Of a stretch of DNA of 64,000 nucleotides, positions 30,063 through 40,683 are shown in pieces. The stretch is taken from the sequence record NZ_CP072340.1; one strand, 5' to 3'. The notes under the pieces are model-generated. The model saw only the letters and a program-made list of their open reading frames with translations. It was not told where the DNA came from and did no database searches. This DNA is from a plasmid. The stretch's first letter is position 1. Each line of letters begins with the position of its first letter. Both the position numbers and the translations under genes were made by a program.

Positions 30063-30794
30063 AGCAAGCCGTAGCCGTTCGTTTAAATCGTCTGAGAGAC
30101 TAATCTAACTGATGTATAGAGTTTTCTGTAACCTCTGTGAATTTATAAAATAATATACCGAAGGCTAAAGAAAATAGCCTTAGTTTTGCCAACCTACCTT
30201 TCTGAAATGTAAAAGAGCCTGTTTGACCTTCCCAAACAGGCTCTTTTGCAACACAAAATGCACTCTTTTTTGCAGTGCATTGACAATAATGGAACTACAC
30301 AATACACCTTATATATAATATATACATTATCTTGCCACGTTCTGCATTGCTATATCGAAGCGTGCCAACCTGCTCCGCACAGGCAGAAAAGCTATGTGCA
30401 AGAGAGTGTGAAGGCTGCGTACACGATTTAAAATGTGAAAAAGAATAAAAAAATAAAGATTTTACAGCATACCTTTTGTTATTCTAAAGAATATTAGTAA
30501 ATTAGCAGACGAATATTGAAAGATATGATTACAAGAACCAAGTTAATCGCCCTTAGGCAAATTCTATGAACAATCTTTATAGCATTTTTGCTTTGAAATC
30601 GGCGAAGTCCCACCTTTAGACACAAGAGGTATAACTGAACATACATCGGGAAAGAAAAGGAACGGACGCCCTGAAATGGCAGAAGGACAGGAAGCAGACG
30701 GCGAATTCAAAAACAGCCTTCCACAATGTGGAAACGCTTTCAGCATGTCTTTAGCATACAAATCAAATACTATTATTCATTACATTCTTACATT

Positions 30795-32906
30795 ATGAGA
30801 AAGAACTATGTACATTTGGCCCTCGCGGCAACCTTGACAATGGCAGCAACAAGTACTGTTTCTGCCCAGCAAAACAATGGAGCTGGGGTACAAAAGCTTA
30901 CACGGAACGTACAGCCTCAGCAGTCTAAAATCGCAGCGGCTGCCTTTAGTCTCGGCAAAAACGTCGCAAACGCACCCTTGGCAACGTTCGCCAAGGCAGC
31001 AAACCCCTACGGAGAGGAACAGCAGGTGATGTTTGAAGACTTCGCAAAGATGACTTCAGGGAGCGAGGCGAACCCCGACACAGAGACAAACTTGATTAAG
31101 GACGAGTTTGAATACCCCTGGATCAACACCAAAGACGAATACTTTAAAAAAGCTGGCTGGGGTTCCGGCAACGCATATCCCGCCGGTGGAACAGTTTATT
31201 TACAGTCTGGGCCAGAAGATATGGCACACATTAACACGCCAATGCTGAACGTAAGTGCAAACGGAGGCATAGCTTGGATTCGCTTTAAAGCACGTGCCAA
31301 GAACGCCGGAGACAACCCACAAGTCATGGTAGAGGCTGCCGAAACCTTCAACATGTCGCCCACCTGGCGCATGATGGGCAGTGCAACGCTGCCTCAACTC
31401 AGCACCGAATGGAAAGAATACTCTATGTATTTCTTTGGCGGCGGCGAATATACACTCTTCAATATCGTGTCTGTCATGGCTCCGGTGTATATCGACAACA
31501 TCGAAGTTTTCACCGTCAAGCAACACGTTAATACGCCGGAGATGCTCGCACATACAAACTATGCGGGTTCTGAATTCGATATTCATTGGACCAAGATTGC
31601 CGATGCTACGGGCTACAAGGTAAATGTTTTCACGCTAAGTGAGGCTGGAAAACCCGAATACTTGTTCGAAAACAAGGCAGTAACTACCAACAATTTCCAT
31701 GTAACGGGAGCAGAATCAGGCAAGACTTACTTCTACAATGCATCGGCAACGAAAGGCAGTTACGAGTCTATTCCATCTGACAAGATGTTCGTTTTCGACC
31801 TTGAGGCTCCTGTAATGAACGAAGTTACCAATCTTAACAAGGATAAATACACGGCATCGTGGAGCACTGTGCCTTCGGCAGAGCGCTATAACTATATTGC
31901 ATACTACGACCGCAAGGCAGGAAAGGCTGGCGACTTCGTGGTTACAGAGGAAGATTTCACCGGTGTAAAAGATGCTGAAGGAAATCTTACAGGTTGGACA
32001 AAGGAAGAACCGAGCCCTAATTCGTACGACTCTTACTATATTCCTGAAATGAAACAGGCAGGCTGGAAGGGCACGCAATACGCTCCTTACACCGACTATA
32101 TCTGTCTGGACGGCTGGCAATACTACCACAACCATCAGGACGCAGGGCTTATTTCGCCAGAGTTGGATATGTCTAAAGATGGTGGAAAGTTTGCTGTTAG
32201 CGTTAAATTGGCATCTGCTCCGGTTACCGCAGTCGATAAAGACGGAAAGGAGTTTACAGCTTATCCACAGGCTGCTTTCGCCCTTTTCAACTACAACGAA
32301 ACTACTTGCGACTACGAACAGGCAGAGCTTATCTATCCCGAAGGCTATCCAAAGGCTGTTAATGACAACTGGAAGAACTTCACAGTAAACTTTACCAAGG
32401 GTTCAAAGAAGTCTATCATAGGTATCTATGCCGTCTATGCTGACGAGCATCTCTATCTCGACGACCTGAAGATTACGCAGAAATATCAGGCTGGTGAAAG
32501 CCTCAACGACCCGTTCGTCTTCCGTAGATGGGTGCAAGAACCAAAGGCAGACATCACTATTCCTTACTTTGTTGGCAAGTCGGAGGTTAGTCATCGCGCA
32601 ACAGCCTATAAGGTAAACAGCGACAGAAACGTGAAGAAGAGATACGCAGAAAGTAAGTTTAGCGAACTAAAGAAGGTGGGCATACCCGATGGTATCAGCA
32701 ATATTGGTCTTTCTAAAGCATTGGTTAAGATGGAAGGCAACAACGTTTGCGTAAGCAACACCAACGGCGAAAGCGTTCAAATCTATACGCTCGATGGACA
32801 GCTTGTATATAGCAACAAGGGCGAAAAGGACGTTCGCGCCACTTTGACACAGCACGGTGCTTACATTGTAAAGGTGGGCAGCAAGTCTGTTAAGCTTGTT
32901 TTCTAA
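30795..32906 (+). CDS. Large secreted protein with T9SS C-terminal sorting domain, function unknown
   Basis: Signal peptide MRKNYVHLALAATLTMAATSTVSAQ; C-terminal YTLDGQLV...GAYIVKVGSKSVKLVF CTD. Confidence 0.55.
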   Translation: MRKNYVHLALAATLTMAATSTVSAQQNNGAGVQKLTRNVQPQQSKIAAAAFSLGKNVANAPLATFAKAANPYGEEQQVMFEDFAKMTSGSEANPDTETNLIKDEFEYPWINTKDEYFKKAGWGSGNAYPAGGTVYLQSGPEDMAHINTPMLNVSANGGIAWIRFKARAKNAGDNPQVMVEAAETFNMSPTWRMMGSATLPQLSTEWKEYSMYFFGGGEYTLFNIVSVMAPVYIDNIEVFTVKQHVNTPEMLAHTNYAGSEFDIHWTKIADATGYKVNVFTLSEAGKPEYLFENKAVTTNNFHVTGAESGKTYFYNASATKGSYESIPSDKMFVFDLEAPVMNEVTNLNKDKYTASWSTVPSAERYNYIAYYDRKAGKAGDFVVTEEDFTGVKDAEGNLTGWTKEEPSPNSYDSYYIPEMKQAGWKGTQYAPYTDYICLDGWQYYHNHQDAGLISPELDMSKDGGKFAVSVKLASAPVTAVDKDGKEFTAYPQAAFALFNYNETTCDYEQAELIYPEGYPKAVNDNWKNFTVNFTKGSKKSIIGIYAVYADEHLYLDDLKITQKYQAGESLNDPFVFRRWVQEPKADITIPYFVGKSEVSHRATAYKVNSDRNVKKRYAESKFSELKKVGIPDGISNIGLSKALVKMEGNNVCVSNTNGESVQIYTLDGQLVYSNKGEKDVRATLTQHGAYIVKVGSKSVKLVF

Positions 32907-33230
32907 ACATCATTATTTAGCTATTGGGTGGGTACATCGTTTTCGGTGTGCCCACTTTTTGGTTGTAACACCACCTGAAAGCACGAACAAGATGATACTT
33001 TCGTTTCATTCAGGTTTTCGGAAAGATATTTCCCCAGACGGCGTAAAGGCTATATGAAAAGCATTTTCTTATGTTTTAATGATTTAAATCCATAATAAAT
33101 TATTACATTTGTGGCGTGGAAGGATATGCCCATGTGCGGTTTGGCTATGTCGTAACGACATTAGCAGAGAGTAAGACCACCATAATGGCTTAATCTGAAA
33201 CAACATTCCAAGAAACACCAAAGAAGATTT

Positions 33231-34439
33231 ATGGACTCGTTAAAAGAGATTTTTAGAATAGGAAAAGGACCGTCGAGCAGTCATACGATGGGGCCTTCCC
33301 ATGCAGCAGAGATATTTGCCCGTCGCAATCCCAACGCCAAGGCCTTCGAAGTAACGCTATATGGCAGTCTGGCAGCAACAGGGAAAGGGCACCTTACCGA
33401 TGTGGCTATCAACGAAGTGCTGTCTAAAATAGCTCCAGTAGAAATAATATGGCTGCCGGGAACAGTGCTGCCTTTCCATACAAATGGCATGCGCTACAAG
33501 GCGTTAGATGCCGAAAAACACGTTGAAAACGAATGGGTGGTGTACAGTGTTGGTGGTGGTGCGCTCTCGGAAGGAAAGGGAAAAGACGACATGTTCTATA
33601 CAACGCCGGTCTATGAACTGTCTACCCTGAAAGAAATACAACGGTGGTGCGAAGCCAACGGACGCGGTTTCTGGGAATATGTGGACGAATGCGAGGGAAC
33701 GGAAATATGGGACTATCTGCACGAAGTGTGGGTTACAATGTGCAATGCTGTAGAACGTGGATTGGAAAACGACGGTGTCTTGCCCGGACCATTGAAGCTT
33801 TCGCGTAAGGCGGGAAACTATTATATAAAGGCGTTGAGCTACCGAAGCAGCCTGCAATCGCGTGGATTGGTGTATGCCTACGCACTTGCAGTGAGCGAAG
33901 AGAATGCATCTGGTGGTACCATTGTTACGGCTCCAACCTGCGGTTCGTGTGGTGTCATGCCCGGAGTGCTGTATCATCTGTACAAGGCACACCAGTTCTC
34001 GGAACGCAAAATACTACGTGCGTTGGCAACAGCCGGACTGTTTGGCAACGTTGTAAAAGCCAATGCGTCCATCTCGGGGGCTGAAGTGGGGTGTCAGGGC
34101 GAAGTTGGTGTGGCTTGCGCCATGGCATCTGCAGCTGCCTGCCAACTATTTGGTGGGACGCCGTCGCAGATTGAATATGCAGCCGAAATGGGGCTGGAAC
34201 ACCACTTGGGAATGACCTGCGACCCTGTTTGCGGATTAGTTCAGATACCTTGTATAGAGCGGAATGCTTTTGCTGCATGCCGTGCTCTCGATGCACAACT
34301 ATATGCTAACTTTAGCGATGGGCGTCATCGTGTTTCGTTCGACAAGGTGGTTGAGGTGATGAAACAAACGGGACACGACCTTCCTTCGCTCTATAAGGAA
34401 ACCAGCGAAGGTGGTCTGGCGCAAGATTTTGAATGGTAA
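33231..34439 (+). CDS. sdaA: L-serine ammonia-lyase (iron-sulfur dependent)
   Basis: GKGPSSSHTMGP N-terminal motif, C-terminal Cys ligands. Confidence 0.85.
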   Translation: MDSLKEIFRIGKGPSSSHTMGPSHAAEIFARRNPNAKAFEVTLYGSLAATGKGHLTDVAINEVLSKIAPVEIIWLPGTVLPFHTNGMRYKALDAEKHVENEWVVYSVGGGALSEGKGKDDMFYTTPVYELSTLKEIQRWCEANGRGFWEYVDECEGTEIWDYLHEVWVTMCNAVERGLENDGVLPGPLKLSRKAGNYYIKALSYRSSLQSRGLVYAYALAVSEENASGGTIVTAPTCGSCGVMPGVLYHLYKAHQFSERKILRALATAGLFGNVVKANASISGAEVGCQGEVGVACAMASAAACQLFGGTPSQIEYAAEMGLEHHLGMTCDPVCGLVQIPCIERNAFAACRALDAQLYANFSDGRHRVSFDKVVEVMKQTGHDLPSLYKETSEGGLAQDFEW

Positions 34440-34734
34440 AGCTTTACAGAAACCCATAGGAATATCAGGAGAACTATGGCTTTTAGCTCTCTAAAGACTT
34501 GCCGTAAGGAAGGCGACAAATCCTATTGTCCATGTTAAGTTCATACGTTAAATCTTCCGCTATTGTCCTTATTTGTTCTTTTAGGAAGAAAATTCCTTCA
34601 TCTTGACAATGCGTCAATAAGCCAATTGCTCATTGCGCAGAGTAGAAAGACACCATAATAAGTTACGTTGGATCGTAACTATATTGTGCAGAATGTTCAC
34701 ATAGGCACTTTGCTACTTGCATTTTGTGGTTTGT

Positions 34735-35163
34735 TTAGTTTCTCAAAAACCTCTTCACCTTGTTGTAATACTGTTGCGTTTTGCTCTTGCTGAAGTTTAT
34801 TCCGCCATGCCACATGCGAATGGCTCGCTCCGTATTGTTTGCCTTGTTGTATTTTGACTGGAACAGAACAAACATCTCTCTCGATTTCTCTGGACTGAAA
34901 CGGTCTGCCATGGTGTAGCGTTTTTTGCTGCCTTTTGCCTTTAGAATATTGTTGCATTCTGCCACAACGTGGTGCGAAATTTGCAATATTCCTGCGTGCG
35001 GACCGTTTTTTGCTTTTGCATTTCCTTTACTTTCTACCTGTGTAATGGCGTCCATCACGGGTCGCCAATTGAAATTTTTAATCTTTGCGGCAGTCTCTGC
35101 GCTTGCAGAGTTCGATGCCAATGCCATTAAAATTCCTACTGTCAGTACTCTAATAATTCTCAT
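34735..35163 (-). CDS. Secreted lysozyme/lytic-transglycosylase-like protein
   Basis: Signal peptide MRIIRVLTVGILMALASNSASA; ITQVESKGN motif. Confidence 0.4.
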   Translation of the reverse strand: MRIIRVLTVGILMALASNSASAETAAKIKNFNWRPVMDAITQVESKGNAKAKNGPHAGILQISHHVVAECNNILKAKGSKKRYTMADRFSPEKSREMFVLFQSKYNKANNTERAIRMWHGGINFSKSKTQQYYNKVKRFLRN

Positions 35164-35465
35164 TACATAAAATTTTCCGAAGCCTATAAACTTGCCACAA
35201 AGTGGGCAAGCTATACGGAATGGTGCACATGAGAATTGGTGCACATATCCCTCAACTCCATATTAACGCTTGCAAAGGTACGAAAATATGTGCTGATAAT
35301 CAAATCGTTAAGTATAACTTAACAAATCTATACATGAACGCTGCCACTTTATAACTTTTGTTTAAAAAACTTAATACGCTTGTTCGGTTGGTCAGTAGCC
35401 ACACTCGCAGCCTGCCGAATACTTATTTTGTAGCGCATAAATTTTGCCAATTAAGAACTTTACAG

Positions 35466-35473
35466 TACCTTTG
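35466..35473 (+). promoter_or_regulatory. -7 promoter box TACCTTTG upstream of tRNA-Arg
   Basis: TAnnTTTG 39 nt upstream of tRNA 5' end. Confidence 0.4.
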
Positions 35474-35511
35474 CAAGCGTTCTGCATACCAATGCAGGTA
35501 GCTGGAACAAT

Positions 35512-35588
35512 GGCTCCGTAGCTTAGCTGAATAGAGCGTAGGATTCCGGTTCCTAAGGTCATGGGTTTGAATCCCATCGGAGTCACCA
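35512..35588 (+). tRNA. tRNA-Arg (anticodon CCG), CCA encoded
   Basis: Cloverleaf: acceptor GGCTCCG/CGGAGTC, anticodon stem TAGGA/TCCTA loop TTCCGGT, T-loop GGGTTTGAATCCC. Confidence 0.85.
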
Positions 35589-35622
35589 AAGAGAAGATAC
35601 AAACGGTATCTTCTCTTTATTG
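35589..35622 (+). terminator. Rho-independent terminator after tRNA-Arg
   Basis: 10-bp stem GAGAAGATAC/GTATCTTCTC, 5-nt loop, TTTATT tail. Confidence 0.6.
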
Positions 35623-35831
35623 TAAAATAATGTTTGTGAAGATTATCAACGAGTTACAGACGTATATTAAATAAAAACAAAAATGCGTCTCTCTGTGTGG
35701 CCATTCCCTAATTTTGTTCCTTTCATTCTATCAATCCTGAACTTCCAATCAAGCAACTTTCCTCACCAATCGTACATCTTTTCCGCTGCGTGTAATGTGT
35801 TGTGGCACACCTCTCAAGCTGAGTACGAAGT

Positions 35832-35900
35832 TTTAGATATCAGTCACGTTCGTTTTAGATATCAGTAATGATAGTTTTAGATATCTAAAACTTTTCTATC
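35832..35900. repeat. Three 22-nt-phased direct repeats GTTTTAGATATC ending in 20-bp palindrome AGTTTTAGATATCTAAAACT
   Basis: Copies at ~35833, 35855, 35877. Confidence 0.45.
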
Positions 35901-36226
35901 TCTTATGTGTGGTCAATAAATTAAGTGATGCTCATAATCAATTATCAATATATTTAAGCCAATCTTTCAGCCAGTCTGCCATCTCAAGGAAGGAGCATAG
36001 CAGGCTACACGACTGATGATAGATGGCGGAATGACGAAAGGAGGGAGTTCTTTGTTGTAGTGCAGTACGCTTTGCAGTAGTTTTGTGTACCGGTCCTGTC
36101 CATGTGTTTAAACTACTGCATTAAGTAGGGGAGTAGTTTGCATTTATCCGCAACTCGCTGCCGAACCGTTCTGTTTTATCATTGACAGTAATGCAATAAT
36201 CTTTGTGAGCTGCCGTTATTCATAGT

Positions 36227-38614
36227 ATGAATAAAGCAAAACTTCTATCCATTGCGCTGTTGTTCGTGTGTCTGCTCTATGCTGGTAATGCTATGGCACA
36301 GTCGTTTACGTTGCAAGGAAAGGTGTCCGACCAGGACGGAAATCCCATTGAGCTGGCATCAGTCATTGTGGCTTCACAAGGAAAAATGGCGATGTGTAAC
36401 CTCAAGGGCGAGTTCAGCATGCAGTTGCAGAGCGAAGATTCGGTGAAGATTCGCTTCTCCATGATTGGCTATAAGAGCAAAACCAGAGTGCTGCATCGCC
36501 CGCAAGGCAAGCAGACGCTGCAAGTCCAGCTGACCAGCGATAACCAATTGCAGGAGGTTATAGTAGAGGCGCAAACACCGCAGCATGGTACTACCGAGAA
36601 CATAAAGGTGGAAGCAACCAAGCGAAACCCCTCCGTCTCGGGCAATGCCGTAGAGGAAATATTGCAGACACAGGCCGGAGTGTCCACCCATTCCGAGCTT
36701 TCGTCGCAGTATAACGTGCGCGGTGGAACGTTCGACGAGAACTCTGTATATATAAATAATGTGGAAGTGTATCGTCCTTTCTTAGTCCGCAGCGGACAGC
36801 AGGAGGGGCTTTCGGTGATAAATGCCGACCTTGTGGACCGCGTCGGGTTCTCTACGGGAGGCTTCGAGGCCAAGTATGGCGACAAGATGAGCTCGGCTTT
36901 GGACATCACCTACAAGCGTCCGAAGCGCACCGAAGGTTCCTTTACGGCATCGATGCTGGGCGCAAGCGGATACTTCGGACTGGCATCGAAGAAGCTTACG
37001 TGGACGAACGGACTGCGATACAAGACCAACCGATACCTGTTAGGATCGCTGGAAACAAAGGGAGAGTACAATCCATCGTTCTTGGACTACCAGACTTACC
37101 TTTCATGGCAACCGTCCAAACGGTGGCAGGTAGACTTCATCGGCAACATTTCGGAGAACAATTACAACTTCGAACCCGAGGACCGAACAACCAATTTCGG
37201 TACGCTGAAGAACGTAAAGTCGTTTAAAGTCTACTTCGATGGCAAGGAAAAAGACCTCTTCCGCACCTTCTTCGGCTCGCTAAGCGTTACGCGGCATCTC
37301 TCAAAGCGTACCGATGTGTCGCTGATAGCATCAGCCTTCTCCACCAAAGAGCAGCAACGATACGACATACAGGGGCAATATTGGCTCACACAGACCGAGA
37401 CTTCGGAGAATTTAGGAGTGGGAACATACATGCAACACTCGCGCGACTACCTTAAAGCAGACGTGAAAAGCCTGAAGTTAATGCTGTTGCAGCGTGCAGG
37501 AACGCACAGAATAGAAGGCGCTTTCACCTATAAGATGGAGAAAATCAAGGAAAACTCGGCAGAATACGAGTATCGCGACTCGGCAGGATACAACATTCCG
37601 CACAACGGCGAAACTCTCGACATGATCTATTCGCTGCGGGCTCGCAACACATTGGACGCCAAACGCATGGAAGTCTACGTGCAAGACACATGGAACTTTA
37701 AGAGCAACGACTCCATACCAACCCTCTTTCGGCTGAACTATGGTGTGCGTTACGCCTACTGGAACTTTAACGGAGAGAGCATTGTTTCGCCACGTGCATC
37801 GCTCAATATCACCCCCGGCTGGAACCGAAACCTGTCGTTCCGTGTGGCAGCAGGTCTCTATTACCAGGCACCGTTCTATAAAGAGCTGCGCGATACCACC
37901 ATGATTAACGGCGTAACCTACGCCCTGCTGAACAAGAAAACGCGTTCTCAGCGGTCCATACACGCATTGGCATCGATGAGTTACCGCTTCACAATGCTGA
38001 ACAGACCCTTCAAATTCACTGCCGAAGCCTACTACAAAGCCATCTCGCGCCTTGTTCCTTACTCGGTAGACAACGTAAAAGTAACCTATTTTGGCGACAA
38101 ACAGACTTCCGGACACGCCACTGGGCTCGACCTAAAGCTATTCGGAGAGTTTGTGCCGGGGGCAGATTCGTGGCTCACGCTCAGTGTCATGAACACTGCA
38201 ATGAAGCTGAATGGCAAGAACGTACCCCTGCCAACCGACCAGCGTTTTGCCCTGAACCTTTTCTTTACCGACTATTTCCCCGGCTCAACACGCTGGCGAA
38301 TGTCGCTGAAACTGGCGTATGCAGACGGTCTCCCGTTCTCTGCACCCCACCAGGAACTAAGCAACAACTCTTTCAGAGCACCTGCCTACAAGCGTGCCGA
38401 CATAGGAATGAGCTATCGTCTGTTCGACAATCAGGACGGTTCGCGCCACTCCATCTTCCGCAACGTGTGGCTGGGAGTAGACTGTCTGAACCTTTTCGGC
38501 ATCAGCAACGTAAACTCTTACTACTGGATAACGGATATTTCAGGACAGCAATACGCCGTGCCTAACTATCTTACAGGCCGACAAATCAATGCGAAACTGT
38601 CGGTAGAATTCTAA
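36227..38614 (+). CDS. TonB-dependent receptor with N-terminal carboxypeptidase-regulatory-like domain
   Basis: Signal peptide, plug + 22-strand barrel pattern, C-terminal aromatic residue. Confidence 0.8.
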   Translation: MNKAKLLSIALLFVCLLYAGNAMAQSFTLQGKVSDQDGNPIELASVIVASQGKMAMCNLKGEFSMQLQSEDSVKIRFSMIGYKSKTRVLHRPQGKQTLQVQLTSDNQLQEVIVEAQTPQHGTTENIKVEATKRNPSVSGNAVEEILQTQAGVSTHSELSSQYNVRGGTFDENSVYINNVEVYRPFLVRSGQQEGLSVINADLVDRVGFSTGGFEAKYGDKMSSALDITYKRPKRTEGSFTASMLGASGYFGLASKKLTWTNGLRYKTNRYLLGSLETKGEYNPSFLDYQTYLSWQPSKRWQVDFIGNISENNYNFEPEDRTTNFGTLKNVKSFKVYFDGKEKDLFRTFFGSLSVTRHLSKRTDVSLIASAFSTKEQQRYDIQGQYWLTQTETSENLGVGTYMQHSRDYLKADVKSLKLMLLQRAGTHRIEGAFTYKMEKIKENSAEYEYRDSAGYNIPHNGETLDMIYSLRARNTLDAKRMEVYVQDTWNFKSNDSIPTLFRLNYGVRYAYWNFNGESIVSPRASLNITPGWNRNLSFRVAAGLYYQAPFYKELRDTTMINGVTYALLNKKTRSQRSIHALASMSYRFTMLNRPFKFTAEAYYKAISRLVPYSVDNVKVTYFGDKQTSGHATGLDLKLFGEFVPGADSWLTLSVMNTAMKLNGKNVPLPTDQRFALNLFFTDYFPGSTRWRMSLKLAYADGLPFSAPHQELSNNSFRAPAYKRADIGMSYRLFDNQDGSRHSIFRNVWLGVDCLNLFGISNVNSYYWITDISGQQYAVPNYLTGRQINAKLSVEF

Positions 38615-38677
38615 GGAAGCGAGGAAAACAATAACACAATTTAACGGATTTAGTTTGTAAGAATTACATAAAAACAT

Positions 38678-38685
38678 TATCTTTG
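38678..38685 (+). promoter_or_regulatory. -7 promoter box TATCTTTG upstream of rubredoxin
   Basis: TAnnTTTG 38 nt upstream of ATG. Confidence 0.4.
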
Positions 38686-38722
38686 CAGCGTTAATAGCAA
38701 ATAAAGATAAAGACAAAACATT

Positions 38723-38887
38723 ATGAAGAAATATGAATGTAATACCTGCGGGTACATTTACGACCCTGCAGTAGGCGATCCAGATGGTGGCATAGAGCCA
38801 GGCACAGCTTTCGAAGATATCCCAGACGATTGGGTTTGCCCACTTTGTGGAGTATCAAAAGACGATTTTTCAGTTGTCGAGGAATAA
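38723..38887 (+). CDS. rd: Rubredoxin (54 aa; below ORF-track length cut-off)
   Basis: [15 protein letters not shown]...[10 protein letters not shown] two CxxC motifs. Confidence 0.8.
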   Translation: MKKYECNTCGYIYDPAVGDPDGGIEPGTAFEDIPDDWVCPLCGVSKDDFSVVEE

Positions 38888-38916
38888 TTCATTGATTAAA
38901 ATATTTACAAAACGTT

Positions 38917-38960
38917 GAGGGGTATGTAGCTTTTTTGCTATATGCCCCTCTTCCTTTTGT
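38917..38960 (+). terminator. Terminator hairpin after rubredoxin
   Basis: 14-bp stem (2 G-U), T6 loop, T-rich tail. Confidence 0.45.
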
Positions 38961-39097
38961 CTGCCAATAAAGTTGTACGCACCATGCAGGGTTGCCATTG
39001 CGCCTCGTCCTTGTCAGGCATATTTCTCACAAAGTTTACCAATATTCCTTACGTTTACTGCTTGTATGGCATTGCCACGTTGCTTGTTCAATATTCC

Positions 39098-39183
39098 GGA
39101 ACAGGCTCTTTTATCATGCAAAACAGTGGGTTTTGCACTGTAAAACAGGCTCTTTTGCCCCACAAAACAGTGGGTTTTGTATT
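39098..39183. repeat. Tandem duplication of ~43-nt unit of the AACAGGCTCTTTT/CAAAACAGTGGGTTTTG intergenic repeat family
   Basis: Two adjacent near-identical units. Confidence 0.5.
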
Positions 39184-39266
39184 ATGCTGGCATACAGATT
39201 ATTACACAACGAAATTCTTTGCCCGTACCATTTGCCAATCTATGGTTTTTCGAAGGTTGGCAAATT

Positions 39267-40613
39267 TCACTCCGTTTGTCTGTCTATAAGTTCTTTGATG
39301 TTGATGGTTTTCAGCTCTTTCAGGTAGGTTGCGTGAATGTTTTTCACCTTTTTGTATATGTCTTTCTCCCACACATGCTCTGGCAACTGACTGGTCAAGG
39401 CAGGTTTCAGGCTGGGTACTGACTCCATGCGAGCCGCCAATTCGCCCACGGTCATGTCGTTGGTGTCGTGCGTAGGCGTATAAGTTACTTCATCGCTGGT
39501 TGGCAAATGGTTCTCGGCAACCAGTCCTATGTCTTTCAATCGGTCTAATATTGCCAATGTAACACGTATTGGAATGCCTGTTTCTGTCTCCAATTCTAAT
39601 GCTGTATAAGGTTTCTCATCGTGCGAAAACCGTTGACAGATGTAGCATAGCACAGTTGCACTCATTGCAAGAAAGTCGTTATAGCAAACGTCTTTCATCT
39701 CTATCATACATTCGTAGTAGTCCAAATTCTGGTTGGTATAGCAGAGTTCGGCACAGAAAAGGCAGATATACCACGACATAAGCATCCACAACATAAACAA
39801 AGGCAGGGCTGCAAACGAACCGTAGATGGCATTATAGCTTGTAAGAAACACCTGTCCGTGAATGTAAAGTCCCTGTAAGGCAAGCATTGACAAGCTGGCA
39901 AGTACGGAGGGACCTATCGTTTTGGAGAGCTGAACCTTTGCGTTGGGCATGAAGACATAGAGCACAATAAACATAAAAGTAAGTATTGCCCACGGCAAAA
40001 GATAGCGGAGCGAGAAGCGGGCAATGTTTCCCAGAAGTGCAAAACTGCTAAGATTTTCTACGAAACCATAAAGATAGATGCTCAGTCCAGACATTATGAT
40101 GATGCTGATTGGCACCAGAAACATCATTGCGGTGTAGTCTATGAGCACCCGACTGATGGGTCTTGTGCCCTTAACCTGCCATATACTGTCGAAAACGCGC
40201 TCTACAGTGTTTATCAAAGAGAACACACTGTAAAGCATAATCAGCAGTCCGATGCCGATAAAAATGCCTGTTTTGGCATGCGTAAGATAAGAATGTGTAA
40301 GTGTTAACAGCCAGTTTGCCACTTCGGGTTGTGCCGAAAACATTTCTCGAAACTGGGTTTCTATGAACTTGCCGAAACCAAAACCGTTGGCAACAGCAAA
40401 TATCAAGGCTGCTATGGGCACTATTGCCATAATGGTAGAGAACGACAGCTGAGCTGCAAAAGTTACGTGTTCGCGCTCTATAAAGAACTTTATTGTAAGG
40501 TAAAACTTCTGCAACAGTCTAATAGCAATACCTTTACGTTTAGACTTATACTCTGTTTTTTGCCACATTTCTGTGGTAAAAAAGTTCTTTATTTTGGTTA
40601 TATCCATCTTCAT
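39267..40613 (-). CDS. YihY/BrkB-family membrane protein with C-terminal cytoplasmic extension
   Basis: 6 TM YihY core; start at MKMDITK. Confidence 0.65.
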   Translation of the reverse strand: MKMDITKIKNFFTTEMWQKTEYKSKRKGIAIRLLQKFYLTIKFFIEREHVTFAAQLSFSTIMAIVPIAALIFAVANGFGFGKFIETQFREMFSAQPEVANWLLTLTHSYLTHAKTGIFIGIGLLIMLYSVFSLINTVERVFDSIWQVKGTRPISRVLIDYTAMMFLVPISIIIMSGLSIYLYGFVENLSSFALLGNIARFSLRYLLPWAILTFMFIVLYVFMPNAKVQLSKTIGPSVLASLSMLALQGLYIHGQVFLTSYNAIYGSFAALPLFMLWMLMSWYICLFCAELCYTNQNLDYYECMIEMKDVCYNDFLAMSATVLCYICQRFSHDEKPYTALELETETGIPIRVTLAILDRLKDIGLVAENHLPTSDEVTYTPTHDTNDMTVGELAARMESVPSLKPALTSQLPEHVWEKDIYKKVKNIHATYLKELKTINIKELIDRQTE

Positions 40614-40683
40614 TCTCGTTCCTTTTTTGTTTCTCAAAGGGTGTGTCTTCTTTACAAAAGGGCAAAGAACACAGTGCAAACTT

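Noticed and set aside
35392-35589. 65-aa minus-strand ORF
   Set aside because: Lies entirely across the tRNA-Arg gene and its promoter; spurious.
35832-35900. Possible mini-CRISPR array (GTTTTAGATATC repeats)
   Set aside because: Only three 12-15-nt repeats with ~7-10-nt 'spacers', no cas genes nearby and the last copy is a palindrome; fits a binding-site array, not CRISPR.
36252-38116. Antisense and out-of-frame ORFs inside the TonB-dependent receptor gene
   Set aside because: Shadow ORFs within a well-supported 795-aa receptor CDS.
38942-39327. Two overlapping + strand ORFs (115 and 111 aa)
   Set aside because: Span the tandem intergenic repeat units; translation is repetitive/low-complexity and they are encoded by repeat DNA, not genes.
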